From assembly GCF_000011465.1 (NCBI RefSeq), contig NC_005072.1, forward strand, positions 750,001-782,000: a stretch of 32,000 bases of DNA. Direction: 5' to 3'. This DNA is from Prochlorococcus marinus subsp. pastoris str. CCMP1986 (GTDB lineage: Bacteria > Cyanobacteriota > Cyanobacteriia > PCC-6307 > Cyanobiaceae). The position numbers and the translations under genes were made by a program. Shown here one piece after another: positions 28,334-32,000 of this stretch (the stretch's first letter is position 1; the number at the start of each line of letters is the position of its first letter). The notes beneath the pieces were generated by a model. It worked only from the letters and a program-made list of their open reading frames with translations, was not told the DNA's origin and ran no database searches.

Positions 28334-28961
28334 AAACGTTTTCACTTGAAACTGATTTGTCTGAACCCTCTTGTTGTGATAATTCTGACCTAGCTTTTTC
28401 AGCACTTTTTCTTAATGCTTCTAATCTGTCTTCAAATATTATTCTTTTTTTCTTTTTTCTAGTTTTTTCTATTAGCTCTTTTAAAGCCCCGCCAAGGCTT
28501 TTATAAGCATTTGGGATACTATACCCAAATCTACAGGCAAGGTCTATGGCTCTTTCATCTGCAAAAATAGCATCTTGTAATCTTTTCTCAGAATTATTTT
28601 TTATGTAAAGTCTATATCCTGCAAAACCTGATAAGCCAAGAGCAAGTATTAAAAGTAATCCATCTTGTACCCATAGTTCACCTATCGCTCCACCAAGGCC
28701 TATTGCTAAAGCTGCCATTTCCCATCCGTCCCGTGGAATTGCATCATTTTGAATCTTTCCTACTTCATGCCAAAACAATAAATTTCTATGATCAATCGCA
28801 TAATTATCCCATTCTTCTAAATCTATTTGAATTTCAACTTCGTCACGACCAATTTCCTCTAAAGCAATCAATGGAGGATCAATGGCGGCGGCAGCTTCAA
28901 TAAAAACCCAACTTTCATTCTCTGGAGGCAACAAACTTTTAAGTCGCTGAAGTTCGCTCAT
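28323..28961 (-). CDS. DUF3318-like membrane protein
   Basis: SELQRLKSLLPPENESWVFIEAAAAIDPPLIALEEIGRDEVEIQIDLEEWDNYAIDHRNLLFWHEVGKIQ. Confidence 0.8.
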   Translation of the reverse strand: MSELQRLKSLLPPENESWVFIEAAAAIDPPLIALEEIGRDEVEIQIDLEEWDNYAIDHRNLLFWHEVGKIQNDAIPRDGWEMAALAIGLGGAIGELWVQDGLLLILALGLSGFAGYRLYIKNNSEKRLQDAIFADERAIDLACRFGYSIPNAYKSLGGALKELIEKTRKKKKRIIFEDRLEALRKSAEKARSELSQQEGSDKSVSSENVYGQ

Positions 28962-29069
28962 AAATTATGTTTTATTATCAATACTATAGAAACAAATGTT
29001 GCTTTTCAAGTAACTTGATTAACAACTGATGATTTGTAAGTAGCATTAAATAAATGAATTTTTCTAATT

Positions 29070-32000
29070 ATGCCTCAAAGAGGTGATCTTAAAAGAATCC
29101 TAATTCTTGGTTCAGGTCCAATTGTTATAGGACAAGCATGTGAATTTGATTATTCAGGTACTCAAGCTTGTAAAGCTTTAAGAAAAGCTGGATATGAAAT
29201 TGTTTTAGTTAATTCTAATCCAGCTTCAATAATGACTGATCCTGAAATTGCAAATAAAACCTATATTGAACCTTTGACTCCAGAAATAGTTTCTCAAATA
29301 ATTTTAAAGGAAAAACCTGATGCGATTCTTCCTACAATGGGTGGTCAGACTGCCTTGAATCTGGCTGTAAAACTATCTGAATCTGATTTTTTGACAAATA
29401 ATAATGTTGAATTGATAGGAGCTGATTTAAAAGCTATTAACAAGGCTGAAGATAGAAAACTATTCAAAGAATCGATGGAAAATATTAATGTAAATGTATG
29501 TCCTTCGGGGATTGCTTCTGATTTATTCGAAGCTAGAGAAGTATCTAAGCAAATAAATTCTTACCCGTTAATCATAAGACCAGCTTTTACTTTAGGTGGA
29601 GTTGGAGGAGGTATAGCATACAACCTTGAAGAATTTAATGATCTTTGCAAATCTGGTTTAGATGAGAGTCCAAGTAATCAAATCTTAATTGAAAAATCTT
29701 TAATAGGTTGGAAAGAGTTTGAATTAGAAGTTATGAGAGATACAGCTGATAATGTTGTTATAATTTGCAGTATTGAAAATTTGGATCCTATGGGTGTCCA
29801 CACTGGGGACTCAATTACAGTGGCACCTGCTCAAACGTTAACTGACAGAGAATATCAAAGACTTAGAGATTTATCTTTAAAAATAATAAGAGAGGTAGGT
29901 GTTGAAACAGGAGGAAGTAATATACAATTTGCGGTAAATCCAAAAAATGGTGATGTAATAGTTATTGAGATGAACCCAAGGGTAAGTAGATCCTCTGCAT
30001 TAGCTAGTAAAGCTACAGGCTTCCCCATAGCTAAGATTGCGGCTTTATTATCTGTTGGGTACACACTTGATGAAATTATTAATGATATTACTAAAAAAAC
30101 GCCTGCATGCTTTGAACCCTCAATTGATTACGTTGTAACAAAGGTACCAAGATTTGCTTTTGAAAAGTTTAAAGGTTCCTCAAATATTTTAAATACATCA
30201 ATGAAATCTGTTGGAGAATCAATGGCAATTGGCCGATCTTTTGAAGAATCTTTTCAAAAAGCTTTGAGATCTTTAGAAATTGGTATTTTCGGTTGGGAGT
30301 GTGATTCTATTGAAGATTTTAACAACGATAATGATTTAAAGAATAATTTACAAAACCCAACTGCTGAAAGAATATTAATAGTTAAAAAAGCAATGGAATC
30401 TGGTAAGACTAATTCATATATTAATGAAATAACGAATATAGATTTGTGGTTTATTGAGAAGTTACGAAATATTTTTAATTTTCAGAATGAATTTTTAAAA
30501 GGGAATGAACTTACTCGAATTGATAGAGATTTAATGTTAAATGCAAAGCAATTGGGCTTTTCAGATCAACAGATTGCAAAATTAACTAACTCTGAATTTT
30601 TTGAAGTGAGAAATTATCGAAAAAAATTGAAAGTTTTGCCACTTTACAAAACTGTGGATACTTGCTCAGCTGAATTTTCATCTGAAACTCCTTACCATTA
30701 TTCAAGCTATGAAGAAGCTTTTTTACACAATAATTTAAATATAAATGATAATGAAATTTCTGCCGATAATCATAAGCATTTAAAAAAAATTATGATATTG
30801 GGAGGTGGACCTAATAGAATTGGCCAAGGTATTGAATTTGATTATTGTTGCTGTCATGCCTCGTATCAAGCTTCAAGTAATGGTTATCAAACGATAATGG
30901 TTAATAGCAATCCTGAAACTGTTTCAACCGATTATGATACAAGCGATATTTTATATTTTGAGCCTGTTACTTTGGAAGATGTTCTCAATATAATTGAAGC
31001 TGAAAATCCATATGGATTGATAGTTCAATTTGGAGGACAGACACCTCTTAAGTTGTCTTTGCCTTTATCCAATTGGTTGGAGTCTTATGAAGGTATTAAA
31101 TGTAAATCAAAAATTCTTGGAACATCTCCTCATTCAATTGACATAGCTGAAGATAGAGAAGAATTCACAAAGATTCTTGAAGAATTAAATATAAGACAAC
31201 CGCTCAATGGAATAGCACGTAATGAAAAAGAGGCAATGTTAGTTGCAAATAATATAGGATTCCCTTTAGTCGTAAGGCCCTCTTATGTCTTAGGTGGAAG
31301 AGCTATGGAAATAGTTAAAGATAAAAATGATTTATCTCGATATATAAAAGAGGCCGTTAAAGTTTCACCAGATCATCCGATTCTTTTGGATCAATATTTA
31401 AGTAATGCAATAGAAATTGATGTTGATGCGTTATGTGATAAAACCGGTTCGGTTGTTATCGCAGGTCTTATGGAGCATGTTGAACCTGCAGGAATCCATT
31501 CTGGTGATTCTGCTTGTTGCCTACCTTCAATTTCTTTATCCCAAGAAACAATAGAAACTGTTAAAAAGTGGACAAAATTAATTGCAAATAGATTAAATGT
31601 TGTTGGCTTAATTAATCTACAATTTGCAATTAGAAATCATAGTAATGAAGAAAATCAATTATTTATTCTTGAGGCTAATCCACGAGCATCAAGAACTATA
31701 CCTTTTGTTTCTAAAGCTATCGGTAAACCTGTTGCGAAATTGGCGACTCAATTAATGCAAGGATCCTCTTTAAAAGATATAAATTTTACTAAGGAACTAA
31801 TACCTAAATATCAAGCGGTTAAGGAAGCTGTTTTACCTTTCAAAAGGTTTCCTGGATCTGATGCTTTACTTGGCCCTGAGATGCGTTCAACAGGTGAAGT
31901 AATGGGATTGGCCGATAATTTTGGCCTGGCATATGCAAAATCTGAATTGGCTGCTGGAAATGGCGTCCCTTCTGAGGGTGTTGCTTTTTTATCTACTAAT
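29070..32000 (+). CDS. carB: carbamoyl-phosphate synthase large subunit (partial, runs off right edge)
   Basis: [52 protein letters not shown]...; second ATP-grasp half present ([23 protein letters not shown]). Not in supplied ORF track. Confidence 0.98.
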   Translation, partial: MPQRGDLKRILILGSGPIVIGQACEFDYSGTQACKALRKAGYEIVLVNSNPASIMTDPEIANKTYIEPLTPEIVSQIILKEKPDAILPTMGGQTALNLAVKLSESDFLTNNNVELIGADLKAINKAEDRKLFKESMENINVNVCPSGIASDLFEAREVSKQINSYPLIIRPAFTLGGVGGGIAYNLEEFNDLCKSGLDESPSNQILIEKSLIGWKEFELEVMRDTADNVVIICSIENLDPMGVHTGDSITVAPAQTLTDREYQRLRDLSLKIIREVGVETGGSNIQFAVNPKNGDVIVIEMNPRVSRSSALASKATGFPIAKIAALLSVGYTLDEIINDITKKTPACFEPSIDYVVTKVPRFAFEKFKGSSNILNTSMKSVGESMAIGRSFEESFQKALRSLEIGIFGWECDSIEDFNNDNDLKNNLQNPTAERILIVKKAMESGKTNSYINEITNIDLWFIEKLRNIFNFQNEFLKGNELTRIDRDLMLNAKQLGFSDQQIAKLTNSEFFEVRNYRKKLKVLPLYKTVDTCSAEFSSETPYHYSSYEEAFLHNNLNINDNEISADNHKHLKKIMILGGGPNRIGQGIEFDYCCCHASYQASSNGYQTIMVNSNPETVSTDYDTSDILYFEPVTLEDVLNIIEAENPYGLIVQFGGQTPLKLSLPLSNWLESYEGIKCKSKILGTSPHSIDIAEDREEFTKILEELNIRQPLNGIARNEKEAMLVANNIGFPLVVRPSYVLGGRAMEIVKDKNDLSRYIKEAVKVSPDHPILLDQYLSNAIEIDVDALCDKTGSVVIAGLMEHVEPAGIHSGDSACCLPSISLSQETIETVKKWTKLIANRLNVVGLINLQFAIRNHSNEENQLFILEANPRASRTIPFVSKAIGKPVAKLATQLMQGSSLKDINFTKELIPKYQAVKEAVLPFKRFPGSDALLGPEMRSTGEVMGLADNFGLAYAKSELAAGNGVPSEGVAFLSTN

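Overview
AT-rich, densely packed cyanobacterial chromosome segment that looks like high-light Prochlorococcus (judged from gene content, not from a database search). Left part (1-17,000) is mostly recognisable housekeeping and photosynthesis/iron genes: proB, YqeG-like HAD phosphatase, ruvX, CofE-like protein, DUF3685-like protein, hisA, epimerase, pgsA, a PPC/DUF296-glutaredoxin fusion, nth, and an iron-related cluster (Fe3+-type ABC ATPase, ferritin, Crp-family regulator), followed by a second ABC ATPase and a Rieske oxygenase. The region 17,000-26,400 is accessory in character: many very small ORFs, several below the supplied track's cutoff, and a tandem cluster of four high-light-inducible (hli) genes, two of them absent from the track. 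It ends in a ~1.3 kb stretch with gene relics (MarR-like pseudogene, possible integrase tail, diverged direct repeat) next to an initiator tRNA-Met with its terminator. Right part: asparaginase II family, DUF1230/CGLD27-like, rsfS, DUF3318-like, and carB running off the right edge. I found no clear new defence or RNA-guided system. The best leads are the tRNA-adjacent decayed island, the cryptic small-protein operons, and a Cys/Lys-rich peptide inside the iron cluster.
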